This document shows positions 25,191 to 40,651 of a stretch of 64,000 nt of DNA, piece after piece; positions within the stretch are counted from its first letter, which is position 1; every line of letters starts with the position of its first letter. The stretch comes from Octopus vulgaris (lineage: Eukaryota): assembly GCA_951406725.2 (NCBI GenBank), contig OX597823.1, forward strand, positions 104,098,001 through 104,162,000, written 5' to 3'. Made by a program: the position numbers and the translations under genes. The notes below the pieces were generated by a model. The model saw only the letters and a list, made by a program, of their open reading frames with translations. It ran no database searches and was not told the DNA's origin.

Positions 25191-25441
25191 CATATTCTGT
25201 TGTGTCTGGGGAGAGTCATTTTTTTTTGTGCCTTATAATGGAACACATTCACCGGTAAAATTTCCACGTTTTTTTTTTTTTTTTTTTTGAAATTTTCGTT
25301 GCGTCTTGCAACCTTTTGACTATTAAAAAGGTTGCAAGACGAAAATTTTAGGAAAATAAAAATAAGAAAAAAATGGAAATTCTACTGGTGAGTGTGTTAC
25401 ATTATAAGGCACAAAAAGAAAATGACTCCCCAGACACAACC

Positions 25442-25447
<6 letters not shown>
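25191..25447. repeat. Fold-back inverted repeat with HHR-like apex (PLE-derived)
   Basis: Arms TTGTGTCTGGGGAGAGTCATTT..GTGCCTTATAATG..GTCTTGCAACCTTTT and AAAAGGTTGCAAGAC..CATTATAAGGCAC..AATGACTCCCCAGACACAAC surround the apex GACTATT. The two arms together reconstruct CTA-TT(G)AAAA-GGTTGC aagac GCAAC-GAAA-AT-TT-TAG. (TA)n lies on both sides, and a related single arm is at ~39015-39085. Confidence 0.85.
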
Positions 25448-25506
<59 letters not shown>

Positions 25507-25536
25507 CAAATGAGGAAATGGAACAGGTAAAATCCA

Positions 25537-25612
25537 GGCTACATATGTTTCAAAGCTAGTGATAAGTAATAATTACTCCATGTGGGGTACTCCACTAGCT
25601 ACTCATTAGGCC
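25537..25612 (-). ncRNA. Type I hammerhead motif, CUAAUGA variant, within a short fold-back
   Basis: Minus strand: GGC-CTAATGA-gtAGCTAGTG...CACTAGCTtt-GAAA-CATATG-TA-GCC, with palindromic ACATATGT. Flanking inverted repeat 25507-25539 / 25628-25660. Confidence 0.7.
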
Positions 25613-25810
25613 GAAGATACCTTAGTTGCCTGGATTTTACTTGTTCCATCCCTCATTTTGGGTTTTTATTCGCATACATAGCAACCCTAGTTGCTAACTG
25701 TGAACTTTTGTTCCTGAAATCTGTTAGTTATACTTTCTACGTACTGCTCAAAGCTTACGAACTTAGATCCTTGGAGCTTATATAAATATATGTATGTATG
25801 CATGTATATA

Positions 25811-25862
<52 letters not shown>

Positions 25863-25868
<6 letters not shown>

Positions 25869-25953
25869 ATCTAAACAAGAAAACACAGAAAAAAACTCAG
25901 CAACGCGAGCACGTGGAACAATTAAATTATTATTTGACGCTCAGGAATGAAGG

Positions 25954-25956
<3 letters not shown>
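25863..25956 (-). mobile_element. Short PLE terminal segment between (TA)n tracts
   Basis: Similar to the reverse complement of 42011-42105, 20575-20660 and 30200-30290 (TTCCTGAGCGTC.AATAAT..TTGTTCCACGT..GTTTTTTCTGT). Confidence 0.65.
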
Positions 25957-26011
<55 letters not shown>

Positions 26012-26046
26012 GTACGTGTATGTATATATATGCATATATATGCATA

Positions 26047-26106
<60 letters not shown>

Positions 26107-26107
<1 letters not shown>

Positions 26108-26469
26108 CGGTACTCCGTCGGTTACGACGACGAGGGTTCTAGTTGATCCGATCAACAGAACACCCTGCTCGTGAAATTAATGTGCAAGTGGCTGAGCACT
26201 CCACAGACACGTGTACCCTTAACGTAGTTCTCTCGGAGTGTGACAAGGTTGGACCCCTTGAAATACAGATACAACAAAAACGGAAAGAAAGAGTGATAGA
26301 AAGTTGTGGTGAAAGAATACAACAGGGTTCCCCGCTACTCCCTGCCGTAGTCTCGTGGAGCTTTAGGTGCTTTCGCTCAATAAACACTCACACACCCGGC
26401 CTGGGAATCGAAACCGCGACCCTACGACTGCGAGTCAGCTGCCCGAACCGCTAGGCAGTTGCGCCTCCG
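26107..26469 (-). mobile_element. SINE family C, full-length
   Basis: Same tRNA-like head as 8690-9027 and GTGGAGCTTTAGG..TTTTCGCTCAATAAACAC. Confidence 0.85.
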
Positions 26470-26509
26470 CACACACACACACACACATATATGCATATAT
26501 ACATACATA

Positions 26510-26790
26510 TACGTACATACATACATATATAAGTATATAGGTACGCATATATGGGTGCAGGACGTCGTAAAACGTAAACAACATGAAATACGAAAATAAA
26601 GTTGGGTACGCAAAGAACGGGAAAAACAAATGGAAAACAAGACAAGTAACATAAAAAACGACGACAGCCGACAACTGATGAAGGGTCATTTTTTATGTTA
26701 CTTGTCTTCTTTTCCATTTGTTTATGTTCTATGACGTCCTGTACCCATATATGCGTACCTATATACATATATATGTATGTACGTATATTT
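26510..26790. repeat. Fold-back inverted repeat with CTGATGA at the apex
   Basis: TATAGGTACGCATATATGGGTGCAGGACGTC..AAACAAATGGAAAACAAGACAAGTAACATAAAAAA pairs with TTTTTTATGTTACTTGTCTTCTTTTCCATTTGTTT..GACGTCCTGTACCCATATATGCGTACCTATA. The apex contains CTGATGA (26675-26681) but no GAAA strand. Confidence 0.85.
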
Positions 26791-26854
26791 ATGTATATAT
26801 GATCTGTATTATTATTTGATTGAACGCCACGCATCCATTTCCAAGTAAGTTTAT

Positions 26855-26927
<73 letters not shown>

Positions 26928-26934
26928 TATATTG

Positions 26935-27119
26935 TTTTCCAGCTTCCACAATTTATCATTTAGATATTTTGCGTGCATCCAGTGCATCCATGTGGAAGTG
27001 TCCAGATGTTTGTAATAACTTTATTTGCCAACGTTTTCCAATAAACGAAGTTATCCTTATTTTTTCCATTTTTACCCAGAATTTTTCAAAAGTGTATAGA
27101 TAATTCATGGACACCCTGT
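26935..27119 (+). mobile_element. Tc1/mariner-type 3' end fragment
   Basis: Ends ATAATTCATGGACACCCTG, the reverse complement of a CAGGGTGTCC-type TIR. A similar CACCCTGTA end occurs at 44690-44698. Confidence 0.45.
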
Positions 27120-27772
27120 GTATAAATGTGTATATATGCCTTGAGTTATATCACGTAATATATATGCAATGCCCTGCCAACTATTCCTGTTGAACAGGTC
27201 TCCATTCTTCAGCAGCTTCACAATGATTCTCTTTAGCCAATTCTGTGCAACCTTCTGCTCACGCCTGCAGCAATTATTCAGTCGCTACAGTGTTATCAGT
27301 ACAACATCGACATATGTAAAGAAAACAGTAACCAACAGAAACCAGTGGTGTTAATTTACAACCCAATGAACTTGAAAGCATAGAAGAAACTAATAATTAT
27401 ACCGATGTACAATGTCTAGTTGTCTTATCTCGTATACGTTGCACATATTTGTTAGTCCCGAAGTCTTAGTTATAGATTAGCCTGCATGTCTTTTAATCAT
27501 TCTTAAAGCAACTAAGACTGTATGAATTGTTTATTATTCACATTCTGTTAATAGTATTACTGACAAATAGTTGACACACTCTTCTAAATGTATAATAGTT
27601 TGTTTGTCATTCAATATTTTTGCCAGTCAAACATACCATAAGCACTTACATAATACAAACACACATATATATATATATATATGCATGCACACCAGTTTTA
27701 GTGCAGTATATTTTTGCTGCTCTCCAACCTATCTTTATTACGAGAATTGTTACGTGCATTTGAAGATTTATT

Positions 27773-28154
27773 TCTCTCTATATAAACGGCAGTTTGTCTG
27801 TGCGTGTTTCTGTGTGTCTGTTTGCTTGTACCCTCACCCTGACCACGGCTTTCAACTGATTCTGATGAAACTTGACACACACATAGCCCAATGTCATAAT
27901 TCAAAACAAACGCAGCGAAAATTTTGAAAAGTTCCCCCAGTTCTGAAAAAATCGATAAATTCGACATGGGGTCGAGAATCAGGAATACGAACCACAAACT
28001 GTCTAGGGGACGCAACTCTACCTTTTTTAAATCTCAAAAAAAAATTTACCATCATTTTTTTCCATTTTTTTGCTATTTTTTGGCTATAACTCTCTAAAAA
28101 TGCTTTATAGTTATTTCCCTTACAAACCTGAGCAACGCCGGGCGATACTGCTAG
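27773..28154 (+). mobile_element. Non-autonomous Helitron (~380 bp)
   Basis: 5' TC(TCTCTATATAAACGG), 3' hairpin CCTGAGCAACGCCGGG (28127-28142), then CTAG|T at 28151-28155. No TSD. Confidence 0.8.
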
Positions 28155-28164
28155 TATATGTATA

Positions 28165-29431
28165 CAAGGTGGTATCAAAATGTTCCTGAACTAGTTCTGT
28201 AGCACGCCAATAGATGGTAGCACGTGGTTGCGTGTGCAGTGATAACTAGCAGTGACCTTCATGAGGCAGTGTGCCGAGTTACATTGCAGTGTTTACTTTG
28301 TAAGTTGTGAATTTTGTGCTTTTGTGATCGCTTGTATGCTATAGTTTGTGATTGTGTCATGGACAACAACAAAGAACCAACGTGAAATTTTGCGTTAAAC
28401 TTGAGAAGTCTGCTACAGAGACATGAATATGCTTCGGCAAGCTTATGGCGACTATGCAATGGGGTACACGCAATGTTTCAGGTGGCATGGGTCAGCAAAT
28501 GTGGAAGTACGTTTCTTGAAGACAATGAACGATCTGGAAAACCTGTCACGTGCATCAGGCACAGGAATGTGGAGTAAATTCATCAGCTTGTGCATGAGGA
28601 TGGTCGAAGGACAATCAACGACATTGCTGATGTTGTTGGTCTGTCGTATGGGTCCGTGCAGGCAATCCTAACGTCTAAATTGAACATACGGCGTGTCTCT
28701 ACCAAGTTTGTGCCCTGCCTGCTAACCACTGAGCAGAAAAAAACATTGTATCGAAGTATGTCAAGATCTCGGTCAGCATGCCGCTGATGACTCATCTTTC
28801 ATGTCGAGGATCATCACCGGTGACGAGAGATGGAGCTATTGGTACGGCCCTGAGACAAAGCAACAGTCAGTACAATGGAAGAGCCCTTCATCTCCACGAC
28901 CAAAGAAGGCACGGCAGAGCTGCAGCTTAATCAAGAGTATGCTCATCATTTCCTTTTTTTCTACATCTGCGATATTGTACGTCGGGAATTCGTCCCTCAG
29001 AGCTAGGATATCAATTAAGAGTTCTACTTCGATGTTTTGAAGCATTTGAGGACATTCGGCGAAACGACCGGATCTGTGGAGCTCGAAAACCACAATGCAC
29101 GGGGACAATGCACGCTGTCCCACTCGTGGGTTTCTCCCCTAAAGCAACATAGTATCGCTTCCGCACCCACCCTATTCGCTAGATTTAGCACTTGCGGATT
29201 GCTGGCCTCTTCCCCACGATGAAAAGAAGCTCAAAAATCGCCGTTTTATCACCATTGTCGATATGAAGAGAGCGAATCGCAGAAATTCCTCGACTCGCTT
29301 ACGGAAAACGACCTCCAGGCCGGATTCCCAGAACGCTGGGACCGGTGTATTGCTGCGCAAGTTGATTATTTCGAAGGAGATGATGTTAAAACTTAGGTAA
29401 ATAAGTAATTTTTATATTAAACATAACTAGT
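28165..29431 (+). pseudogene. Mariner (DD34D) transposon with decayed transposase
   Basis: TA|CAAGGTGGTATCAAAATGTTCCTGAACTAGTT left TIR. Frameshifted motifs: NVKFCVKL, MLRQAYGD..CFRW, RRVSTKFVPCLLT, IITGDERW, PETKQQSVQW and HPPYSLDLA. The right TIR is truncated at AACTAGT by a SINE. Confidence 0.9.
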
Positions 29432-29580
29432 GGAGTGGGTGTATGGTAAGTAGGTTGTTTACCAACCACATGGTCCCAGGTTCAGCTCCACTACGTAGCA
29501 CCTTGGTCAAGTGTCTGCTAGGGCCGATCAAAGTGTTGTGAGTGGATTTGGTAGACGGAAACTGAAAGACGCCCATCGTG
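29431..29580 (+). mobile_element. SINE family B 5' part
   Basis: GGAGTGGGTGTATGGTAAGTAGG..ACCAACCACATGGTCCCAGGTTCAG..ACCTTGGTCAAGTG. Confidence 0.85.
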
Positions 29581-29667
<87 letters not shown>

Positions 29668-29732
29668 TATGTACATACATATATGTGTGTATGCGCGCGG
29701 GTGTAGTATGTAATATAAATTTATATATATAT

Positions 29733-30283
29733 ACACTTGGCTGCACCAACGCATCCACACACACTTCTTCTCATCCTACCCATTCTCACACCCTCTTCTG
29801 ACTGCTTCTGATCCACTATTGACGCGTCCATCTACGCACACTGATCCTACCACACAGACACACGGACAGACTACACACACGCTATATCCGTGCATATACA
29901 GTTACCACCACACGTACACACGCTACTATGCACACGCACACACGCTACCATACATACACACTCTACAACACACACCACACACTACCATATAAACACGCGC
30001 GCGCGCGCACGCATAGTGACCATTTTCGCACTCTTCTGTTCCAGAAAGCATTTTCTCTTCATCCCTACTTCCGGTCATTTACTTCAAAATTGTAACCGCA
30101 CATGATTGTTGGCGATTTTTTCTTCCTTCCTCTTGGATTTCACTGTTCCTTCCTGTTTCCGAAGAAGAGCTATGCTCGAAATGTAAAACTTTTACTCTTT
30201 TCTTTCTCTAAGCGTCTTATTAATTCATTGCTTGTACCACGTCCAAACGTTTGTGTTTTTCTTTTTCGCTGTGTTTTTTTTTT

Positions 30284-30290
<7 letters not shown>
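29733..30290 (+). mobile_element. PLE 3'-region remnant between TA tracts
   Basis: CA/CT-rich 3' region, an HHR motif at 30156, and a terminal segment like 20575-20660. Confidence 0.6.
30156..30188 (+). ncRNA. Minimal hammerhead motif, CCGANGA variant
   Basis: TTT-CCGAAGA-aGAGC tat GCTC-GAAA-TG-TA-AAA. Confidence 0.55.
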
Positions 30291-30351
<61 letters not shown>

Positions 30352-30984
30352 GTACACAGACATACATAGGTTATTTCACTATCTTTGTTATAACGTTTTG
30401 CGGATAACTTCTTTTATGTTTCCCAATATATTTCCAATATATTTCTATTTTGTATTATGTCCTCTATATTTATACCACGCATCAAACATCTCGAGATGAT
30501 ATATACAGAATAATACGTGCATTTTATTTCCCAAGTTTTATCTCAGTTTTACGAGTAATAATAATATAGCTCTGCGTGACTTATTACCAGGTAAATTCCT
30601 GTAATCACCGAAACAGCTTGGAAGGAAATATCTTTATTACCCACATGTGGTCTTACTGATTTCAGTTGAAAACATCAAGGATTTTTTTGTTTGTTTCTGC
30701 TATAAAAAAAAATTGGCATTATCTTGGAATCCTTCTCCTTCATCACCACCACCAACACCAACACCTCATCCTCCCATTTCCTCCTCCTCCTCCTTCCTCC
30801 TCGTCTTCTTGCTCCTTCTCCTCTTCTCCCCACCTTTTCTCCCTCCTCTCTCTCACTCCTCCTCCTCGACTACCATCACCACCACCATCACTACAACTAC
30901 TACCACCATCTCTCCTTCCTTCTTTTTTCCTCTCCTCCTTCTCCTTCTCCTCCGACTCCCCTCTTCTTTTTCTCCTACTCCTTG

Positions 30985-32870
<1,886 letters not shown>

Positions 32871-32885
32871 ATTATTATTATTATT

Positions 32886-33346
32886 GAGTGAGAGAGCAGT
32901 GCTTGCCATCAAATTGACACTGGAGTAAAATATACGAAGCCCAGTATACCCATCATGACTACCCGTCTGATAAGGGTACACCAAGCACATGCATCACAAC
33001 CATATGTGCGCTACATGGTGATATCATATAAAGATAAACAGCGCATGATCATGCAGGTGGGGCCCAGTTAGAATTTTCTTCATGTAACCCATCCCGCACA
33101 AAAGGTCCCTGAATAAGGATTGTTTAAGGATGTTGAACGAACCACCCATGTTTCTAAAGGTGAATTATCCAAACCTCAAAGAATCTCTCTCAACACATGG
33201 CTATGATGCTCTTCCACTACTTCTGCTCGTGATCAGAGATGCACATATCGTCAGCCACTAAGGGACATGCTCAACTGGTTAAGGTCAAACAACTGACAAG
33301 CAAATCTGTGGTATTGAACAGAATATTTGCTGTAGCCCATCTTTTA
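32886..33346 (-). mobile_element. ~560-bp (TAA)n-embedded element, copy 3 (5'-truncated)
   Basis: Starts GAGTGAGAGAGCAGTG after (TTA)n and matches copy 2 up to CCCATCTTTTATA. Confidence 0.9.
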
Positions 33347-33347
33347 T

Positions 33348-33430
<83 letters not shown>

Positions 33431-34752
33431 TAGTAGTACTAGTAATTATCTTTCTCGCCATCATCATCATCATCATCGACATCATCATATCAATATCATC
33501 GTAATGTCGATAGACTTCTCCTCACAGCGTATTTTCAGTGCATAACCGCGCTTACTTCTGAACATTCGATTGCTTCTCTATGTATGTAATGCATGTATGT
33601 TTGTCTGTTGCGTGTGTAGGTGTTCAAAGCAGTGCTTTTACTAGTGTTGCATTGAAACCAGTTTAATGAAATTATATATATGCATGTGTGTGTGTGTGCA
33701 CGCGCATGCGTGTGTGTTTATGTAAGTGTGTGTGCATGTGCGTATATCTATGCACTAACTACATTGAAATTCAGACTTTATATGGTGTCCATATAAGTAT
33801 ACTTACATTACTCTTATATTTTATTATCTTTTATTTTTCTTTATTCTTTATTCTTCGGCGTTAATGGGATTGTTTCTGTTAACTTACATGATTGAAGTCG
33901 CTATTTCTAGCCTTTCTTTCATCTGCATTAATGAAATTGCAAGCAGTAAAGACGTCTCTAATGATGGCGTTCGTCAGACAGTGTCTCCATACAGAATTGA
34001 GTGTTAATGGCGGAATGATGGGCTGCGTAAGTATGTGAGCGTGTGTGCGTGTATGTATGTATGTACATGTGTATGTGCATATGTGTGTGTATCCATGAAT
34101 ATGTGTGTGTGTGGGTGTGAGTGTGCGTAAGTGTGAGTGTGTGTATCAGTGTGTGTGTGTATGATTGTGTGAATGTTCGTGTTAGTGTGCATGTGAATGT
34201 GAGAATGTGCTTGTATGTATGTGTGTGTGTGAGAGAGAGAGAGAGAGGGTAGAGGGTCATGTGTGGGTGTGTGGGGGGAGTGTATGTACAGTCCAATGAC
34301 TGAAGCATGTAAAAGATTTATTTTATCGCGTTTCATGTTTAGAAGAAGGAAAGGCAGTTCTTAAATCGCGAGGGACAAATGTGAGCATAAGTTTCGATCT
34401 GATCAAATCGTCAGTAGAATATAGTGTTACAAATTCTGACGATCAGTTAACAAAGGTTTATAAACATTCAGAAGGGTATGCGAACATTTTGGGGCCAATA
34501 TTACTTGCATAATTAAAGAAGTACAATGAACTAAGGGAGGTAACCTCAAAATCGCAAACGAAAAAACTCGGAAAATTTTGTTAAGCTGTAATGTAATGAA
34601 TTATGTAGATGTAAAGTTCTTCATTAAAATTTCCTAAGATCATCATTATGGGATCAATAAATTAAAGTACCAGTCAAGTAGTTGGGTCGAAGTTATTATT
34701 TAGCGCCCTCTTCTCCAAATTTCAGGGCTTGTGTATGTAGTAGAAAAGGTTA

Positions 34753-34807
<55 letters not shown>

Positions 34808-34819
34808 TATTATTATCAT

Positions 34820-35083
34820 ATTGGTTGGGCTCAGGTTCGAGCTTATTCATGGTAGGATTTATGTGGAATCAAACGGGCCTAGGATCAAACGGGCATGATG
34901 GCTCGATAAGTAAGCAACTTCGTTTTTCCTCATCTATATTCGTTATGTATGGTCTGTTATTTTCTAACTCCGTTTGAATAAGAAAGTCCCACAAAATCTT
35001 ACATTTCTCCGACTCCAATACTCTTTCGACTCTATGATTGTACCATGTGATTCTAGCTTCAAATCCCCATTTCTGAAATTGAT
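34820..35083 (-). pseudogene. R4/Dong restriction-like endonuclease fragment
   Basis: Translates QKWGFEARITWYNHRVERVLESEKCKILWDFLIQTELENNRPYITNIDEEKRSCLLIEPSCPFD. Flanked by (TTA)n on both sides. Confidence 0.85.
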
Positions 35084-35086
35084 TAC

Positions 35087-35132
<46 letters not shown>

Positions 35133-35662
35133 GAGTGAGAGAGCAGTGTGTGCCATCAAAGGAGCACTGGGGTAAAATATACGAAGCCCAGTATACCCAT
35201 CATGATTACCCGTCTGATAAGGGTACACCAGGCACATGCATCACAACCTTATGTGCGCGACATGGTGATCTCATATCAAGATAAACAGCGCACGATCTCG
35301 CAGGTGGGGCCCAGTTAGAATTTTCTTCATGTCGAGTAGCCCATCCCGCTCAAAATGTCCCTGAATAAGGGTTGTTTAAGGACGTTGAACGAAACACCCC
35401 AAAGAATCCCTCTCAACACATGGCTATGATGCTCTTCCACTACTTCTGCTCGTGATCAGAGATGCACATATCGTCAGCCACTAAGGGACATGCTCAACTG
35501 GTTAAGGTCAAACAACTGACAAGCAAATCTGTGGTATTGAGCAGAATATTTGCTGTAGCCCATCTTTTATACCAAGACAAAAACAATGTACATGATAACA
35601 CTTCCAATCAGTTGAGATCAAAAGCCAAGAGAGCCACTGTCTGGTACTGCATCAGGGCATTT
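35133..35662 (-). mobile_element. ~560-bp (TAA)n-embedded element, copy 4
   Basis: Same two termini as copies 1 and 2, with a small internal deletion. Confidence 0.9.
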
Positions 35663-36291
35663 ATCATCATCATCATCATTATCATTATTATTATTATAAT
35701 CATTATTATTATTATTATTATTAAAATTATTAATAAGGCAGTGAGCTGGCAAAATTGTTAGCCTGCCAGGCAACAGAATAAAATAAAGGACCAGTCAAGT
35801 ACTGGAGTTGATGTAATCGAGTTGTCCCTTCCCCTCAAAATTGCATGCCTTGTACCACCAAAATTAAAAATAATTACTGATGTCAATCAGTCAAAACCAA
35901 AGATTTATCCTGGTCAGGAAGCTGCTAATGACGACGACGACGACGATGAACATCATCATCATCATCGTCGTCGTTGTGCTCCTCTCCTCCGCATCCTCCA
36001 CCATCACCATCACTCCAACTACCACCATTACCCTCATTAAATTTACCCCTACTACCACCGCCAACAGCAACGAATCATTATAATTAACATCGTTGTTATT
36101 CTCACCCTCGTTATTATTACCGAGACTACCGTGACCACCACCACCAACAGCAGCAGCACCACCACCGCCACCATTATTTCTACCTCTACCACCAACAACA
36201 ACATATCATCATAATCGAGATCATCATCATCGTCCTCATAGTCATCATCACCCATTGTACACATCTTTAATAAATAATTGTCAGGAAACAC

Positions 36292-36326
<35 letters not shown>

Positions 36327-36983
36327 GCGGCGCTATTTATTAATTTCACAGTACATCTGAACTATCAACACACCATCACAGCCACCGTTCATCACCAGGA
36401 AACTGTTCCCCAACCAATACCAATGCCACCGCCACCACCAACAACAACAACAATAACAACAGCATCGTTGCAACCACAATAAATACCCTCACCTGCCCCC
36501 ATGCCCCTCTGTCAGCACCAACACCAGCACCACGCACACCGCCACCTCCTCCTCTACAACCATGCCTGCCACTAAGCACAAATAACTGAATAAATCGATA
36601 TATGCGATTTTAGTTGACAAATTATGGCCGAATTTTAAAATTCAAATTTATGGGAATCGTAGAGGACAGCCGACAATGATTTAATGACAAAAATAATTAG
36701 GTTTATAAGTGGTGGTCGTTACTGTTGAGGCGGTGGTGGGGATTGTGGTAAGGGTGGTAATGATGGTAGCAGAGGAGGTAGTGATGTTAATGATAGTTGT
36801 TATTATTGTTGTTGTTGTTGGTGGTGGTGGTGGTGGGTGGTGTTGATAGCGATAATGGTGTTGGTATGGCGATGATGATGACTGTAACGGTGGCGGTAGT
36901 AGAGATTGTGGTAGTTAGTGGTGTTGTTGTTGCTGTTATTGTTAGTAGTAGTGCAAGTAGTAGTAGTAATAGTAGTAGTGGTG

Positions 36984-37054
<71 letters not shown>

Positions 37055-37097
37055 GGTGGTGGTGGTGGTGGTGGTGGTGATGTTGTAGTTGTTGTTG

Positions 37098-37135
<38 letters not shown>

Positions 37136-37199
37136 GGTGGTGGGAGGACGTAGCTTCAATTCAGCATGTTGTAGGGGGCCGGAAAACGAATTACGGCAC

Positions 37200-38300
37200 A
37201 GATATCCGTCCTCCCTGTTACATCATATCTCCACCGATAGCCACTTTCTAGCAGTGAATATATTCCTCCCTCTCCACTATCCAGTTTGTTTCAGTATGCC
37301 TACACGCTCTATTAATGTTGCTACTATTTCTATATTTTCTTTATCTTTTTCTAAAGCGATTGGAAGGATTGTTTTTCTGATGTAGAACTTGTACGGATTT
37401 TAGATTTGAAAATGGCTTCTCAAAGTACTGCAGGAATTTTATAGTTTTCATCTTGGGTCGCATGAAACGATGCCCAAAGACTAATTATACAACTAAACCA
37501 AACTACTGGAGTGATCTGTGATTGATGCATACTACGGTATGTTGTGTTCTTAGTAGTTTATTGGGGTCAGTTCTTGAGAGGCTGGAGATCCATGAATATC
37601 TGGCATAGTCTGAAATAGATATAATCTATTGCTTGTACACCTATGTTGTTTCTTTCTGTTGGTCAAATATGAAATTTCTGATTGCTTTAAGTATATTTGT
37701 CTTTCATTTTTCTCTTTACTATGTCTTCAATATGAGTTGCAAATTTTATGGAGTAAATGTATATAAATCAAATGTTTTTTGTCTATGTAAGTGCGGTGCT
37801 TATGCCGTTGAAGGAAGTCATTGATTGTAGTCGATGTTCTCTTGTATTGCTTGCAAATGGGGAAGAGGTGGATTAGTTGGGTTTTGCTTTAAACCAGTTG
37901 TTGTGGATTCCCGATTTTAGATTATTAATGTTGGAGTGGTTGTACAAAATGTCTGAAAAATAGTAGTAGAGTGTAAATGTGATGTCACACGCTTTTCTGA
38001 CTTTCTGTACGTCCTATGGCGACACAGGAAGGTTGTGTCATCACAGATCGTATACAAAGAGTGCAGATCCCCTCTGATGCAAGGATGTGCAGCATAGCTA
38101 GTAAATTACTTGCCAGCGTTTTGTGTCGTTTCTTGAGGAGGGGATGTCGATGATAGAATTGAACATATGGGAGGTGTTTGGGGTCGATGTCATCGTATAT
38201 TTTCTGTTTTAGGCTTGTGAATCGGATTGTGTTAAGTGTTGTGGGCTGAATTAATGTTGTCATAGGTATGTGGGAAGATGTGAATTAGTGAAATCAGGGA
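37200..38300 (-). pseudogene. Highly decayed LINE reverse transcriptase (I/Jockey/CR1-like)
   Basis: Minus-strand remnants resemble (G)SILSP (~38160), YA(DD)I (~38095), KANP (~37885) and DYA..W (~37600), in the expected order. Confidence 0.4.
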
Positions 38301-39494
38301 TTAACCTTCCTATAATCTTTACTATGTAGTGGTTAGGGTGTGGCTCATACAATCGCAAAATCGTGGTTTCAGTTCCCGGAACAAGTGATACGTTCTGTTA
38401 TTGAGTAAAACATTTCATCTCATGTTGTGCTCAGCACACTTTGCATCTGTACAGGAAATATCAACTTGCTAGAAAGGGTGAGTTAATGTACTGCACAAGT
38501 ATTAGATCACTAGAAAATTATCATCTTACAGATTGCTCGGCAAGAAATTGCGAAACCCTCATCTGCCCTCTACGACAGGAGAGTTCACCATACATACATA
38601 CATACATACATAGGAGCGGAGGGGTGAAGCGAAGACAAGGGGGCGGAAGAGGCGGCTGAGGAGTGGAAGAAGTGTACAATGGGTTTGTATAATATTGTCT
38701 CGCTTATGTTTCCGTGGAACTTTACAACTGTTATAATTTTGCTCGGTTTCCAGATTCTGGTGATTTCACTACGTTGCTACGAGTAGCTTTTAGACAGTAG
38801 TAAATATCACTGAGTTCTTCAAACCTCAGGTGGTTAAAGTATGTGGCTGTGATTTGTGTGAACCTGGCGCTTTTGAGTTTTTCGTTTTCCCCGTGGTCTT
38901 ACTATGTCTCATAGAAGGAAGGAAGGAAGGTGTGGAAATCGTGGTCTTTATTATTTTTTCTGTTTTTTTTTTTCTTTTTGCTCTTCTGGCGATTTTCGAA
39001 AAATATCTAACAATGATTCAGCTGTGTCTGGGGAGAGTAATTTTCTTTTTGTGCCTTATAATTTAACACACTCACCGGTAAAAGATGTTTTCTTGGTTTT
39101 TTTTTAACATGGTAGCTTGGTCGTTGTTGTTGTTGTTGTTGTTGTAATAGTTGTTATTCTTGTATTGTTCTTGTCGACGATGATGATGATGAAGATGACG
39201 ACGACGACGACGACGACGACGTTGATGTTGCTGCAGCTGCTGTTACTGCTGCTATTGTTGATACTGCTACTGATATCATCATCATCACCATCATCATGCT
39301 TTTTACTCTGTATGATGTTTTACTCTTGTGTAGAATATGTTGGCTACAAATATTTGCCAATTTCTCTTTTGCTATGATTGTTGTAGCTGTTGTTGTTTAA
39401 TTAGATGTTGAGTTTAATTTCGATTCTGTGTATTTTTAGAGTAATGTATTTGAGGTTTATACACTCAGTTTATACACTCACACACAGACGCGTG

Positions 39495-39560
<66 letters not shown>

Positions 39561-40610
39561 AAATCTTGGTTATGTCTGCTGCGTGACTGTGGTTATCTTG
39601 CGGTGGCTTGTGCGATATCTTCTTTTACTAAGGGTCTATAATTTTTTTTGTTGAATGCATATAATGCAGAGTGTATACTGTTAATTGTGCTATTGTGAAA
39701 TTTTGGAAACCTTGAATGTTTTCTAATGAAATTCGTTCTATTGTGCTTTTTTCTCTCAAGATTGGGAAAGCATTTTTTCTTATTTTATTGATGTATTCAG
39801 TGTATAGTGCGGATAATTAGTAGGAAGGTTGAAAAAAGCTGGAGAATTTTTTTACCAAAAGGTTGTGGCGAATAAATACGTAGAGTGGAATGTAATGGTA
39901 TTTGTGCGAATTTTTTTTAGCTGTAATAGAAGTGTTGCTGTGACGTTACAACGTTACCTCTTATGTTATCTGTTTTATTTGAAAACCAGGATGTCTTGAG
40001 TGCATTGAAGATTCCCCTCACAGTTAGTGATCGCAAGAGTGTTAAGTGTTGCAGATGATGGAAAGATTCGTGAGATCGGTGTTGGTGTAAACGTTTACTG
40101 ATTTTTATTACTGGACTGCGGCTAAGCTGGTCCATTAATTCTACAGCTTAGAAAATCATATCACACCCTATAGATATTTCAGTCTGGTATCTCTTTTACC
40201 AAAACCTATTTATCGAATCGCTTTGTTACGAGATATTATGGTGCCGCACAGTGGTAGTGAACCTGAAACTAAGTGATTGCATAGTGAGTTTCTAACCCTA
40301 CAACCATATCCGCAACCATTTCCTTCTATACAGTTAATTAAACATAGTATCTATCCGCCCTCATTTCAATCCCCTCAATCACACATTCTCTGCAGACAGA
40401 AGGCCTTCCTCTTTCCAATCGGGAAACACTGTTTTAAGGATATATAAAACCACATTACTTAATGCGTGTTTTTCGTAATTTAGGACGCTAGCACGACTTA
40501 AGGATGTGTGGCTGCTCTTTCTAGCAAGTTAAGAGGTTACATACATGTTCAATGAAGAAAGCCCTTGGTGATGAACATACTGGTGGTGGTGGTGGTGGTG
40601 GTGGTGCTGC

Positions 40611-40651
<41 letters not shown>

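Noticed and set aside
30536-30590. Possible micro-exon ending CAG|GTAAAT
   Set aside because: It is short, the acceptor is ambiguous, and its phase is incompatible with the 21939 candidate exon.
35900-37145. Mirror arrangement of CAC/CAA-rich then GGT/GTT-rich triplets
   Set aside because: The complementarity is compositional only; no colinear inverted repeat was seen.
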